A stretch of DNA of 64,000 nucleotides from NCBI GenBank assembly GCA_951406725.2, contig OX597823.1:40486001-40550000 (forward strand). Reading direction: 5' to 3'. Of this stretch, positions 42,797-58,495 are shown piece after piece. This DNA is from Octopus vulgaris (lineage: Eukaryota). Positions within the stretch are counted from its first letter, which is position 1, and each line of letters starts with the position of its first letter. A model generated the notes under the pieces. That model saw only the letters and a list, made by a program, of their open reading frames with translations. It made no database searches and was not told the origin of the DNA. A program made the translations under genes and the position numbers.

Positions 42797-43040
42797 ATGG
42801 CTGTGTGGTCCAGCGCCTTGAGTTGCGGCCACATGTTATGGGTTCGAATCGCCAACACACTGTCTTGGACAACCGTCATCTGTTGGCTGTAGCCTAGAAT
42901 GAACCAATGTCATGTGTTTGGAACCGTGGAATTCAGTAGACAGTATCTGAGAAACATCGTTATGTGTTTGTGTGTGTATATGTGTGCTTGTGTGTGAATG
43001 TGTATGTATATGTGTGTGTATTGTGTTAGTGTGTGAGTGA

Positions 43041-43104
<64 letters not shown>

Positions 43105-43255
43105 GTTTATGTTTACACCGGCCTAAAAAAACCGGTGTTGTGAATATCGAATCCCTTTATGTCCCACAATGAAGCAATTTCTCACAGAGATCGATAAAAA
43201 CACGTATCAGACAGGAAATAAAAATAATTCTAGGATCGATATAATCGATCAAACA
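42797..43255 (+). mobile_element. Highly degenerate SINE family A-like copy
   Basis: tggctgtgtggtc (A box), gggttcgaatc (B box), internal (TG)n. Confidence 0.6.
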
Positions 43256-43506
43256 CCCTTAAATACACACACACATGCGCGCGCGCGCACACGCACACAC
43301 ACACACACACATACACACTCGCACGCATATAGAGGCACGCATGCACACGTGCATACACACATGCATACGCACAGACGCACGCACGCACACGCTCTTATAT
43401 AACTAAAAATTTAAGAATCACACACACATCTATATAGAGTGTGTGTTTGTATGTGTGTGTGTGTGTGTGTGTCCGTGTTGGAAATTGGTTGCAAACAGCG
43501 GATGTT

Positions 43507-43539
<33 letters not shown>

Positions 43540-43684
43540 GTTAAGAAAATAACAACAATTGTAAAAATAAGTAAATAAATGGGAGAAGAGCGATAAGTAA
43601 AAATTTCTTTTTGTTAAACAGTGTAGCAGAAAAAAAAGTACGTTTAACTCGCTCATTTGATGTAAGAGAAACGACCGTCAGCAC

Positions 43685-43779
43685 CATCATCATCATCATC
43701 ATCATCATCGTCGTCGTCGTCGTCGTCGTCATCGTCATCATCAACATCATCATCATCATCATCATCATCATCGTCGTCG

Positions 43780-43814
<35 letters not shown>

Positions 43815-44055
43815 GTCATCGTCATCGTCATCATCATCATCATCATCATCGTCATCGTCATCATCATCATCATCATCATCGTCGTCGCCGTCATCGTCAT
43901 CATCATCATCATCATCTTCATCGTCGTCGTCGTCGTCGTCATCGTCATCATCATCATCATCATCATCGCCATCGTCATCATCATCGACGTCGTCACCAGC
44001 ATCATCATCATCATCATCAACTTCGCTGTCGTGGTCGTCGTGATCGTCGTCGTCG

Positions 44056-44095
<40 letters not shown>

Positions 44096-44127
44096 GATTG
44101 TCATCGTCATTGTCATCGTCATCATCG
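43685..44127. repeat. Long compound (ATC/GTC)n trinucleotide tract
   Basis: Direct reading; source of poly-D, poly-M and poly-I ORFs. Confidence 0.95.
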
Positions 44128-44350
44128 AATGTCGTCGTCTCTATTGTACAACCATTTATTTTATATTCGTATGCATACATACATATATTCACACACATAT
44201 GACACACACACACACATATATATATATATTCCAAAGGTACATTCTTATAGTCTATTTATATATATATATATATGCATGTACACACGCACATTCCAACACA
44301 CATATATACGTGTCGAGTGTGTATATATATCTTGCATAAGTAAATAAAGA

Positions 44351-44386
<36 letters not shown>

Positions 44387-44439
44387 GTGTATATGTTGTA
44401 TATACAAATATAGCTTTCTATTTCATTTGGGTGTTTGTT

Positions 44440-44486
<47 letters not shown>

Positions 44487-44744
44487 TTATAAATATATAC
44501 GCACATACAAGAGGAGACTTCACACATGCGCGCGCGTGCGTGTATGTGTGTATATGTGTTTGTATGTGTGTATGCGTGTGAGTGTATGTAAAAAAAAAAC
44601 TGAAAGAGAATGTGTGTGTGTGTGTGCGGATGTTTGTGTATGTATGCATCCGATACTGTTGGTGAAAATAATAATTCTATGAACTGTAATGTTTGTCACC
44701 AAGATATTCCTGTGGCAAATAGATAAATCATCATGCATTAACCT

Positions 44745-46047
<1,303 letters not shown>

Positions 46048-46257
46048 ATGTTGTCGTTGTTGTCGTTAAATCCGTTTCCTTTAACTTGAGTAAGTCGAAA
46101 TAGGTTCGTCCTCTCATCGCTGGCTGTTCACTGTTACCTCTTGTTGATGTTTATTACGCTTGTTGTAGCTGTTTCTGGTGTTTACTGTTGATGTTTAACG
46201 CTGCTGCTACTGCTGCTGCTGCTGCTGCTGTTGCTGTTGTTTTTTTAGGATTGCCGA

Positions 46258-46288
<31 letters not shown>

Positions 46289-46353
46289 TTTTTGTAATTT
46301 TCAAATACGAGACTTTTGCGTTTGTGGTTTTGTGTTTATTATTTAACCCGCAG

Positions 46354-46448
46354 CTCAGACCTTACTGAGCAGGCATGATGCGAGACCCAACCTAGCAGCA
46401 GCAGCAGCAGCAACAGCAGCAGTAGCATCACCATCACCACCACCACCA

Positions 46449-46483
<35 letters not shown>

Positions 46484-46793
46484 ACCGCCACCGCCGCCGC
46501 CACCGCCACCACCACTACCTAAGACATTCCAATCGACATCATTACGAAATGTGTTCATTATTATTATTATTATTATTCAGATCATGAGGTCGGATGGGGG
46601 GGTGTTGTTCAATTGTAGGAGATTTTGGCTGCTATTTCTGACAGTACAGTCAAGCCGCCAACTACAGCAGAGGCTTCCACGTTGGTTCTCTGTTGTTGTT
46701 GTTGTCACTGTTGTAGTTGTCACTGTTGTAGTTGTTAGTGTTGTTGTGGTTATTCCTGGTGTCAGTCATGTTTCTGTTACGACTTGTTTCTAA
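46354..46793 (+). other. Candidate exon after a good splice acceptor; low-complexity Ala/Pro/Ile/Val open frame
   Basis: Poly-T 46267-46293 and tttaacccgcag acceptor ending 46353; frame open from 46356; no recognisable domain and 46615-46690 is repeat family E. Confidence 0.25.
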
Positions 46794-46944
46794 CTGTTGT
46801 TATTCGTTGTTGTTTAACAACCCTCTCCTGCTGGACCTAAAAGAGGTTTGATCAGAAGCGCAGCCGGTATATCGGTTTCGTGGTCTACAAGAGCGAAGGA
46901 AATGGCCCACAATTACCCGTCTCGAACCCCTTTCTTTTTTCCAA

Positions 46945-46976
<32 letters not shown>

Positions 46977-47329
46977 ATTACAGATCCCTTGTTATTTAGT
47001 GGGAATGTGCGCAAAAAAAAAGAGACCCTAATCGAATCTTGTCCCGCCTTGTCAAATTTTTCTTCTCCTACTCACCACATCGATTCGGCCCTCTTCAGCT
47101 ATAATCAACGGCCATGTCACGTGGGTATGACGATCGGAATGGGGCGATTGGACGTAGTCTCTCCAAGATCCATCCCATTACATATCGTATATGTACACAC
47201 AACTCAACGCTGCACACACCCACTTTCATTGGCTTTTTTGCATGACAGTCTTTTCTCGCCACTACCCAACCACTGCACTTCTGCTGTATGTATATATCTG
47301 GGTGCATATTTTCACACACCACACACCAT

Positions 47330-47362
<33 letters not shown>

Positions 47363-47704
47363 CACGCATGCACATTTTGCTGTATATATTCTGCTGGTGC
47401 TTCTTCTTAGTCCGAAGTTAGGCCCCGTTGAGTGACTTATTAAATGCGCTCTGCATACAATGACACTCGTGTATGTATGTACTTACCTACATACATACAT
47501 ACATACATACATACATACATACATACATACATACAAACACACAAACATACATACATACATCTTGCCTGATGATTTGTGAAAGTGTGGGCGAACCTCAGAG
47601 AAGCAAGTTATTGACTCGACCAAAATACTACTAACCACTACTTTGGTATTGAATTCTCTTTTTTCCAAAAGGCAACTCTAAACGTGTATATATACATGTG
47701 TGTG

Positions 47705-47751
<47 letters not shown>

Positions 47752-47893
47752 GCGTGTGTGTGTATACACATATATGTATAACACACAAACGCACACACAT
47801 ATATACACACACGCACACCCACACACCACACACCCATAGATATAATATGAGACTGTATTATCAAATGAACTTTTTTTTAATGACAGTAGTGTG

Positions 47894-47949
47894 CGATCCA
47901 TATTTGGGATTTCTAGCAGGTCGATCCATATTTGGGATTTCTAGCAGGT
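47894..47949. repeat. Exact 28-bp tandem duplication
   Basis: cgatccatatttgggatttctagcaggt x2. Confidence 0.95.
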
Positions 47950-49382
47950 CGAACTGATAGCATAAAAGGCCAAAAGAAATACTACAAAACATTCCCCGCT
48001 CTCGGACAGGTTCATGTTTATCATGTGGCTTAACTCCAGGTTAGCTTTGATTAAGCAGAGCTACAATCGAAAGCGTTCTAGTGTTGCCGACAACCATTAT
48101 ATCTCATTAAACGGTACTTCATTTTCCACTACCCCTGCTCCAATGATTGTAAAATCAAAGGAGATTTAGCTGCTCTTTCCAATCAGATAAGTAACGATTC
48201 AGATCCTAGATTATATGACCCCCCTTCATCATCCATACGTATACCTTACAGACCCTTTTTGCGGCCACAAATGAGCATAATACGCAATCTCGCAGCACGG
48301 CAGATGCTCTTCTACTGTGCTTCTTTCTGTTGATGTGCATCCTAATGCAGTATTTTGAGAGATAAACGGCGGGGTGGTGACTAATGAGGTTATTATTGAC
48401 TGCTAATAATATGTTCTTGCGTATTTCTTTCTTTCTTTCTTTCTTTCTCATGTTTTATCTTTATTTTTACGTTTAGAATGAGAGCAAAGAAAAACCATCT
48501 ACGATGTTGTTTAAACCCGGTTACCACTGACTATTATTGGTATTTCACTGTTTAGTCAGAGACGGGTGGCATTCTATCATTCTTCAGTTTTTTCTGGGCC
48601 TGTTTGTTAGATTGGTTGGAAGAAAGGACGAAGTTATACACAAACAGGACTGCTGGCCTGGTCCAAACAAATGCCACTAAGTGAGGTCGGAAGGGGTGGA
48701 GGTTGGAAATTTGTAAAAAAACCGGGGTGGGGGGATGGATTAAGATTAAATCTTCCATCAAATAACCTCGAGGAGTCGGTAAAAATAACGTTAACCATTT
48801 TATTCAGTACTCTGTCAACTGCCGTAATCCACCAACCTGGGCCGGTACCACCATTCCAGCGACCTCATTAGCATGTAAAACAAAACTGACATTTGCAGAA
48901 TTTGAACTCTGAACACCAGGAACTGAAGCAAATACCGCAAAGCATACACTCAATCATAAGCGTTTAAAATGTGACAAAACTTTTATTATTATTATCATTA
49001 TTATTATTTTTGTTTACTGTCAGGTATTAGTACTGTATTCTTCGTGCCAATAGACCTGGATAGCCAAGTCGCCCTCTTCTAATCTTCGGCAATAAAACTA
49101 TTACAGAATGGGAAGCTGTCTTCATAGACATGTAGTATACACTGTCATATACACTCACACATATACAACTCTGCCTACCACTTATACAGCTGTGTTGTAG
49201 GTAATTCGATACGCACACAAACATGCGCGCACGTATATTTGTGGGTACAACATATCAGCCGTTCAACTATTTCTATCTTGTAAAAGTATAACTACTTTTA
49301 CCAAAAAGTATTACCCTTGGTACATAAAAATAATACGACTAGCTTTCATAGTCTAAGTACACAGATACACACACATACACAC

Positions 49383-49432
<50 letters not shown>

Positions 49433-49448
49433 AGTATTTATGTATATA

Positions 49449-49681
49449 TTCTTATACTTGTTTCAGCCATTCGAAGGCGGCACGGCAATGCTGGAGCACC
49501 GCCTTAAAGGGTTTTAGTCGAACAAATCGCCCCCAGGACTTATTCTTTGTAAGCCTAGTACTTATTCTATCGGATTTTGGCCAATCCGCTAACTTACGGA
49601 GACATAAACACACCACAATCGGTTGTCAAGCGATAGCGAGTTGGACAAACACAGACAAACATACATGAATACATACATACA

Positions 49682-49751
<70 letters not shown>

Positions 49752-49910
49752 CATATATATATATATGACGAGCTTCTTGCAGTTACCGTCTACCAAATCC
49801 ACTCACAAGGGTTCGGTCGGCCCGTGGCTATAGTAGAAGACACCTGCCCAAGGTGCCGCGCAGTGAGACTGAACCCGAAACTATGTGACTGGGAAGCATG
49901 CTTATTAATA
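49449..49910 (-). mobile_element. SINE family A
   Basis: Colinear with 1796-2250. Confidence 0.88.
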
Positions 49911-50027
49911 CGCACCCACCCCTGCGTAAATTGTCTTAATCGGGTTGTTACCTGACACTCCGTTGTACCCCTTGCGCAAAACCGGTTAGTAAGACCGACC
50001 GTGATGGATATATAATACTGTACACTT

Positions 50028-50090
<63 letters not shown>

Positions 50091-50364
50091 CACCGTGATC
50101 ACCGTGACCGACCAGGCTATCAGATGTTGCTACACATCGCTGGTCACAATGCGCTTTGCATTGTTTTAGCCTTCAAATGACGCCACCCCGCTGGCTAAGC
50201 GAGCAGGCCAACAGAAGAAAGAGTGAGAGAAAGTTGTGGCGAAAGAGTACAGCAGGGACCGCCACGACCCCCTACCGGAGCCTCGTGGAGTTTCAGGTGT
50301 TTTCGCTCAATAAACACCGCGATCCTACAACCGCGAATCCGCTACCCTAACCACTGGACCATGC
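50091..50364 (-). mobile_element. SINE family C variant with a different 3' tail and deleted B box
   Basis: Shares head and core with 17815-18000; 50091-50210 is unrelated to 17617-17810. Confidence 0.85.
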
Positions 50365-50404
50365 ATACATACACAATACATACATACATACATACATACA
50401 TACA

Positions 50405-50483
<79 letters not shown>

Positions 50484-50825
50484 TTGAATATCGGGAAAAA
50501 TAGTACTCGATACCGTAGTACAGATTTAGTATTTTATTTTGATTGTGTCAGTCTGTTGCTACTTTGGGTTTCATCTGTTCTAACGTGTCTGAAGAAACTT
50601 GCCACCAACATGCAAAGCTGAGAGGAGGAAGATTCCGACTCAACCAGATATGAAAGAAGAAATCTCTCCCACGGTTCTTTTTAAGTGTTCTTTTCCGAAA
50701 GTCAACACTAAACACACACTCACACACATATGTATGTATGTATGTATCTATACATGATTATACATTGTAATGAGCTTACTGTATAATACTCAAGTACCCT
50801 ATATAAATATATATATTTCTATATA

Positions 50826-51007
50826 TACCGGCGATTTTTTTTCTCTGTCCTCCCGTCTCGGGATCTTTCCCACTCCTATATTTCCGACGAAGAGCTCCGC
50901 TCGAAACGTCAAATCCTCCTTCTTCCCTTCTTTCCTGAGCGTCCAATAATACTTTATTTGTTCCACATCCTTGCGTTGTTGTCTTTTTGTTTTCTTGTTT
51001 GGATTAA

Positions 51008-51010
<3 letters not shown>
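50826..51010 (+). mobile_element. Short hammerhead-bearing element (motif 50880-50914, U4C core)
   Basis: attt-CCGACGA-a-gagc tcc gctc-GAAA-cg-TC-aaat; (TA)n-rich flanks. Confidence 0.82.
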
Positions 51011-51048
<38 letters not shown>

Positions 51049-51846
51049 TACGGAAAATAAAGGAAGTCTCGAACGCAGGATGGCTGTGCAGACAGCTTAG
51101 AATATAGGGGTAAATACATTTTAGAAGAACGAAAAGGGACCCAGCAAACATCTACTGAGAATACCGACTCACAAGGCGCTTATAAGTTTGTTTACAAAAT
51201 ACTCTCATATATGTATATACATAGGTGTGTGTGCATGTGTGTGTGTATGTATGTATGTATGTATGTATGTATGTATGTATGTATGTATGTATGTATGTAT
51301 GTATATAACTATTCAGCGGGAAAGTTACTCGCATTCACTGAGTATATCTTGGTGTACATAATGGCCAATACGGCCTCTTATCATCTCTGTACGTGTCTTT
51401 CTATTTTTAAATCAGAAAATGGGGATTTGTTTTTGAAGGAGATTTGACTACCATTTCCAGCCTAACAACCATTTAGCGAACAAAATTACACTATCGTCGT
51501 TGGCACGTGATATTGTAGTAATAGTAGTAGTGGTGGTGGTGACGGTGGAGGTGATAATGATGGTGGCGGTTTAGGCGTGTTGCATGTGTGTCTGTGTGTT
51601 TGGTTGGGTGACTGCACATGTAAAAATATACCATGAGAAGCTGCAAACTATGACCCACGCATCTCCAAGCGTAGAACTAAAACATGTATATGGCGAAACG
51701 TTGAAAATGTTTTGGTAGAGGCGGTGGGGAGGGGTGGTGGGGAGGGGTGGTGGTGCGAGGGAGATGTTAACTACGGGCCAACCTTCATTGGGTCGACCTC
51801 CTCATGTATAAACACATTACAGCTTTACTTAATCACACACACGTAT

Positions 51847-51913
<67 letters not shown>

Positions 51914-52067
51914 CTCTGTTTGTGTCTCTCTCTTTCTCTCAAACCCTTGCTCTTTCTCACATAACTGTTCACTCTTTCATACACATATGTATGCATATGC
52001 ACATAAATGCAGAAGTATATGTATATATGTATATCTAGATGCATATGTGTTTCTATAAATATGCATA

Positions 52068-52134
<67 letters not shown>

Positions 52135-52965
52135 ATGTTTATATGCGCACATGTGTGCGTGCGTGAATATATGTATGTTTATATACTTATATGTAATAAT
52201 GCGCCTTTTGTACAATACTCAGGTGCACCAAATATATATACGTATATATAGATGTATGTGTATACATATGTCTTTCTATATGCATATGTATATATAAAAA
52301 TACGCACGTATATACTAACGCATACATGTTCGCCGCGCACCTGCATATATATATATATATATATATATGCACGTACACAGACATATACACACATACACAC
52401 TCACACACACACACGCATATCATTTATTATTAAGATGGTGGGGCTTTCATGCATGTGAGATTTAGTTGCTATTTCTAGCATATTGGACAACCTCTTACAG
52501 TTTGCCTCGAAATTTCATTACTGAAGGACCAAAACTACCAACAACTGTGTTCCAGTTATGGCCTTCTCATCTCTTCATGTTTCCGACACTATTTATTTAT
52601 AACCGCAGTTTCAAAAGCTGTTGCCACTCGTTTACTTAAGACTTTCTGTTATAATATGACAGATTTAACTGCTATTTCTAACAACCGAAGTGTCCACACA
52701 AAGCCCCGATGCTGCATAATCGAAGTCATCTTACTTGCGTATATCCCGTCTTTATTGTATATCTAGGACTTACATTACTATCATTTTTAATGTGCCCTTC
52801 GTTTTTACACACAGTAGGAATGCAATTTGAGATAGATTTGGCTGCTATTTCAAGGATATTGCGTGTCCACATACTGACACTCTATTGTTTTTGTATTGTC
52901 AGTTCTGATATGTTGCAATTGATGTTCTTATGCTGATTCGGGTGATTAAAGTTGTTGTTTATGCT

Positions 52966-53011
<46 letters not shown>

Positions 53012-53098
53012 GTGTTGTTACTGCTGCTGTTGAAATATTTTACATTCACCAAATATCTAAATTCGTTAAAGAATGATGTAATTTCATTAGCGGGATAC

Positions 53099-53143
<45 letters not shown>

Positions 53144-53591
53144 AATAGGTATATATATATAATATGTGTGTGTGTGTGTGTCTGTGTGTGTGTGTGTTTA
53201 TCGGCGGCGAGTGTGTATACATGTCTGTGCACGTATAGATGCGAATGTGCGTGCGTGAGTGTGTGTATATGTGAGTGTCTATGCTTGTTTGTGTTGGTAT
53301 AGATGTGAAGGTGAGTGTGTGTGTATATGCGAATGGGTATATGTGTTTGTGTACGTGTATTTGTGAATGAGTGTGTTTGCGTATGTATTCGTATATGGGA
53401 GTGTGGACGTGGATGCGAAAGACAGTCTATGCATGTGAAGGTACATGTGTTTGTATGCGGTACATGTGTGAATGTGTGCGCTTGTATGTAGGTCTGTACA
53501 AGTGTGCGAGTCTACATGTGTGTTGGTGTACGTATGAATGTGTGTGTATGTTTATACTCTTACGAATGTGCTCGTATGTGAAACACTATAT

Positions 53592-53642
<51 letters not shown>

Positions 53643-53942
53643 TATGTGTGGGTGTGGGTGAATGGAGGGTGCGTGTGCGTGCTCCTATAACTATTTGCTG
53701 CCACAAAGACTGGTTATAAAGGGAGAAAGAACGAGATAGATAGAAAGATAAAGAGATCGATAGAGGGGGAAGAGGGAGAGGGAAATGCGGCGAGGGTGTG
53801 TGTGAGCGAGTGTGGAGAGAAGAGAAGGGAGGGAGGGAGGGAGAAGCGGACTGAATCGGATCGAATTGGATCAAATCGGGTAAATAGAGTAGGTCAGAAG
53901 ACAGGGTAGGTTGAGGGTAGGATAACATGTCTTTGCTTCCAC

Positions 53943-53978
<36 letters not shown>

Positions 53979-54411
53979 GGTCCTTGCTCCCATTGCGTAC
54001 ATACACACATACATACATACATACATACACAGATACATACATACATACATATATATATACATACATACACGCACCTACGTATATATATATAGATGTATAT
54101 GTATGTGTGTGTAGGTGTGTGTGTGTCCATACATATATATATATGTATATATATGGAAGTCTATGTATGCATGCGATTTTGGGTAAGTGTATCTAAATAA
54201 ACACGATGGTTTGTGTGTTTGAATATGGGAGAGAGAGTGAAAGAGAGAGAGAGAGAGGGGGAAAGACAGAGAAGGAGGGAGAAAGAGAGAGAAAACATGA
54301 GTGTATTCATATATGTATGTACTTATTAAGTATATAAGATATGTGTTTGCTTTTGTGTATGTACACGGGCGCACATTTGTTTGTAAGGACACAAATGCGG
54401 ATGTGTGTGTG

Positions 54412-54450
<39 letters not shown>

Positions 54451-54464
54451 TGTATACAAGTACG

Positions 54465-54498
<34 letters not shown>

Positions 54499-55598
54499 TG
54501 TATGTATGTATGTACGTACGTACGTATGTATGTACGTACGTATGTATGTATGTATGTATGTATGTATGTATGTATGTATGTATGTGTTCGTTATATAGTG
54601 AAAGAGAGAGTATGGTTGGATGAGAGGCAGATAAAAATGAGGTTGTGTTACGGTGCCGTACTTTGTTTTATGCATGGTCATACAGTGTCCCCTTACTTTG
54701 CGCCCTGTAAATCTCTCTTGTACTCCACTACAACGCAACACTAACACCTCATCGCACTGCATCCTATCCCCCACCCCACAAAAACCGTAACAGAGTACGG
54801 TACTGTACTCAACAGAGTACACTAACTCCCATCACGCTGAAGCGCATACAACCCCTCCCCCCTCCCGATTACCCCGTGCTACACCACACACACACATCAC
54901 AACATTGCACTACTCCACCACACTAAACCGCACCTCACAACACCTCACTGCGCCACACCTCACGTAGTACACTATATATTACACCACACAACACCACCCA
55001 ACTTCACACTACGCCACATCATATTGTTCTACATCACCCCCCCCCCCACACCGTCACATACACACCATCACACCAGCTTTTTATTTAAATGTTCATTGTG
55101 ATTCCTTCCTCTGCCTCCCCTTCCTGCTCCTGCTCCTGCTCCACCACCACCACCACCACCACCGCCGCCACCGCCGCCGCCACCGCCGCCTCCTCGCCTC
55201 CTCCTCCTACTGCTCCTCTCACTCATTGTTACAGATCGATCGATAGATTGATTAAAGTTTTTTCGGTTATGTAAGCAGCACACTTGTAGCAATAACTACC
55301 GAGGGAGCAATAACAACCACAACCACAACAACAATAACAACGACGACAACCACATCACTACCACCACCACCACCACCACCACCACCACCACTACCACCAC
55401 GGCCACCATCGTCAACGGGGGACCAACGAGGGAGGACCTCTTGATGGTATTTGGAATATTAGAAATAGCAGTAAAAATCTTACTCAAATCACATCCGATC
55501 ATCATTTGATAGCAGAGAGAGAATAATCGATGGAGTGTAGCCGCAGTCGTACACAAAATTAGCAATGCTTCCTTTGTAAATAAAATTAAACAATATAA

Positions 55599-55940
55599 GC
55601 GCGTAGGTATGGCTCGGTGGTAAAGAGGTTTGCTTCGCAGTCATGTCGTGCGGAGTTCAGTCTCCTTACCCGGCACTTTAGGCAAGTTTTTCTACTATAG
55701 TTTCAGGTTTAGCAGTGTCATGTGCATAGCATTTGCTAGACGGAAACTTTGAGGGAAATCTAGTGTCGCTATGTGTCAATATGTGTGTGTGTGTTTGTGT
55801 GAGTGTGTGTGAGTGTGTGTGTGTGCGTATGTGTGTGTGTGTATACACACATGCATAGGTGTGTTTGTATACTTCTGTTTAAAGTCGGATTTCATGACTC
55901 ATCACTTAGCGGTGTGATATAATGAAGTCTGTAAAATAAA
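55599..55940 (+). mobile_element. Degenerate SINE family A
   Basis: gcgtaggtatggctcggtggtaa, ggagttcagtc, ggcaagtttttctactatag, agacggaaac. Confidence 0.7.
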
Positions 55941-56043
55941 ACAAGACAATAATAATTTTCACGGGGTCCTGCATGCATGTTTTGGTTGCAGTGGTTAGCT
56001 GCTTGCATTAACTCCAGTACTTAATAATAATAGTAATAATAAC

Positions 56044-56088
<45 letters not shown>

Positions 56089-56110
56089 TATAACAATAAC
56101 AATAATAATA

Positions 56111-56524
56111 AATGCCCTGATGCAGTACTAGACAGTGACTTCTGATCTTAACTGAATGGAAGTGTTATTATGTAAATTGTTTTGTCTTGGTATAAAAGAT
56201 GGGCTACAGCAAATATTCTACTTAATACCACAGACTTGCTTGTAAGTTGTTTGACCTTAACCAGTTGAGCATGTCCTCTGGTGGATGACGATATGTACAT
56301 CTCTGATCACGAGCAGTAGTGGTGAGCATCATAGCCATGTGTTGAGAGGAATTTTTTTTTTGGGGGGGGGTTGAATAATTCACCCTTGGAAACATGTCGC
56401 GCACATATGGTTGTGATGCATGTGCCTGGCATAACCTTATCAGACGGGCATTTATGATGGGTATACTGGGCTTTGTATATTTAACCCCTGTGTCACTTTG
56501 ATGGCATGCACTGATCTCTCACTC

Positions 56525-56571
<47 letters not shown>

Positions 56572-57005
56572 TAACCACAGATTTGCTTGTCAGTTGTTTG
56601 ACCATAACCAGTTGAGCATATCCCTTAGTGGCTGACGATATGTGCATCTCTGATCACGAGCAGAAGTAGTGGGGGAGCATCATAGCCATGTGTTGAGAGG
56701 GATTCTTTGGGGTTTGAATAATTCACCTCTGGAAACATGGGTGGTTCTTTCAACATCCTTAAACAATCCTTATTCATGGACCTTTTGAGCGGTATGGGCT
56801 ACTCAACCTGAAGAAAATTCTAACTGGGCCCCACCTGCAAGGTCATGTGCTGCTTATCTTGATATGAGATCACCATGTCGCGCACATATGGTTGTGATGC
56901 ATGTGCCTGGTGTACCTTTATCAGACGGGTAGTCATGATGGGTATATTGGGCTTCGTATATTTTACCCCAGTGTCACTTTGATGGCATGCACTGCTCTCT
57001 CACTC
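56111..57005 (+). mobile_element. Two tandem copies (56111-56524, 56574-57005) of a non-coding TAA-associated retroelement (Dong-like 3' region or Dong-dependent SINE)
   Basis: Both end ctctcactc(AAT)n and begin after (AAT)n; differing 5' ends; no convincing ORF. Confidence 0.8.
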
Positions 57006-57024
57006 AATAATAATAATAATAATG

Positions 57025-57721
57025 TTTTGTTTCAAATTCTGGCATAAGACCTGCAATTTCGAGTCGGTTACATCGGCCCCTTCATTTTATTGATCCCGGA
57101 AGGATGAAAGGCTAAGACGACCTCCATGGAATTTGAATTCAGAACATAGAAACGGGCGATAAGGATTCTACCGGCGATTATGATTACCGGCACAGTAATG
57201 ATTCTACCAGCTCACGGATTTAATTATAATAATAATGGTTTCAAACTTTGGCAGAAGGTCAGTATTTCCGGATAAGTGGCTACGTTGATTACATCGACTC
57301 CAGTGTTCAACTGGTACTTATTTCACTAATTCAGAAAAGATGCAAGAAAAAGTTGACCTCGGCAATCCTTTCAACAATAGACGCAAGGCTGAAATTTCGG
57401 GGCGAGAAGCCAAGTCGATTACATCGCCCCTAGTGATCAACTGGTGCTTATTTTATCGATCCCGAAAGGATGAAAGGCAAAGTGGACCTCAGCGGAATTT
57501 GAACTCCGAACACAAAGATGCAGGAAATGCCGCGAAGCATTTTGCCTGGCGTGCAAACGATTCTGCCAGTTGGCCACCTTCATAACAATAATATTAATAA
57601 TCCTTTCTACTATAGGCACAAGGCGTGGAGTTTGGGGGAAGGGAATTAGTCGATTACATCGACCCCAGTGTTTCACTGGTACTTCGACCCCGAAAGGATG
57701 AAAGGCAAAATCGACTTCTGT

Positions 57722-57788
<67 letters not shown>

Positions 57789-57980
57789 TAATATGACTTA
57801 GGTATAAGGCCACCAATATTTCTTTGGGGAAAGGGTTAGTTGATACCATCGACGCTATGACATGACTGGTATTTCCGGAAGAATAAAAAGCAATGTTGAC
57901 TCCGGCCGGAATTGAACTTAGAATGTAAAGAGCTGGACGAAATACCGCAAAGCATGTGCCTTGACTCGCTAACACATAAA
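57025..57980 (-). mobile_element. Cluster of about five SINE family B copies or fragments
   Basis: cgaaaggatgaaaggcaaagt.gacctc.gcggaatttgaactc motif repeated at ~57100, 57345, 57470, 57695 and 57890. Confidence 0.85.
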
Positions 57981-58061
57981 TATATAAACCAGTTACTACT
58001 AACACAGGCAACATATATACGCTAAGAACAGCAAAACCTCCACCACCACCACCATCGTGGT

Positions 58062-58095
<34 letters not shown>

Positions 58096-58364
58096 GTGAA
58101 AATACGACAGAAGAACGGTATTGTGTAAAAACAAAGTGAATCCGCCCCAGCTGTGTCTCAAATTCTGTAGCTTCCCATATAACCACGTGGTGTAGTCAAG
58201 CATTTGTAGCTTCATGGTACGAGGCACCTTCAGAAAGTGTCATTTTTAAAGATGGCCTCGGGCTGGCCAAATTAGTTAGAGAGAAAAAGAAAATGTTGTA
58301 ACTGTTTGGAAACTCAGTAGATAAGTTATATCTGTAATTCAACGGATAATCTCGCCATGCACTA

Positions 58365-58495
58365 CATCACGATGGTTCTTCCACAGAATTATGTTAAGGT
58401 TACTCGTATCTGTGGAATGCTCAGCCGTTTAGATTATATAGTATAATGAGAACGCCGTTCCCTTGGCCAAAAATTTGAAACACTCATCGTAGACA
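58365..58495 (+). mobile_element. Degenerate SINE family C-type tail
   Basis: agaattatgttaaggttactcgtatctgtggaatgctcagcc matches reverse complement of 17705-17748. Confidence 0.6.

Noticed and set aside
46583-46760. MRSDGG...VVVVIPG as a signal-peptide exon
   Set aside because: RRFWLLFLT segment derives from repeat family E and the Val run from (GTT)n; donor site weak
55234-55510. Candidate exon ending TREDLLMVFGILEIAVK
   Set aside because: 55420-55490 is an inverted family E repeat; the remainder is trinucleotide repeat
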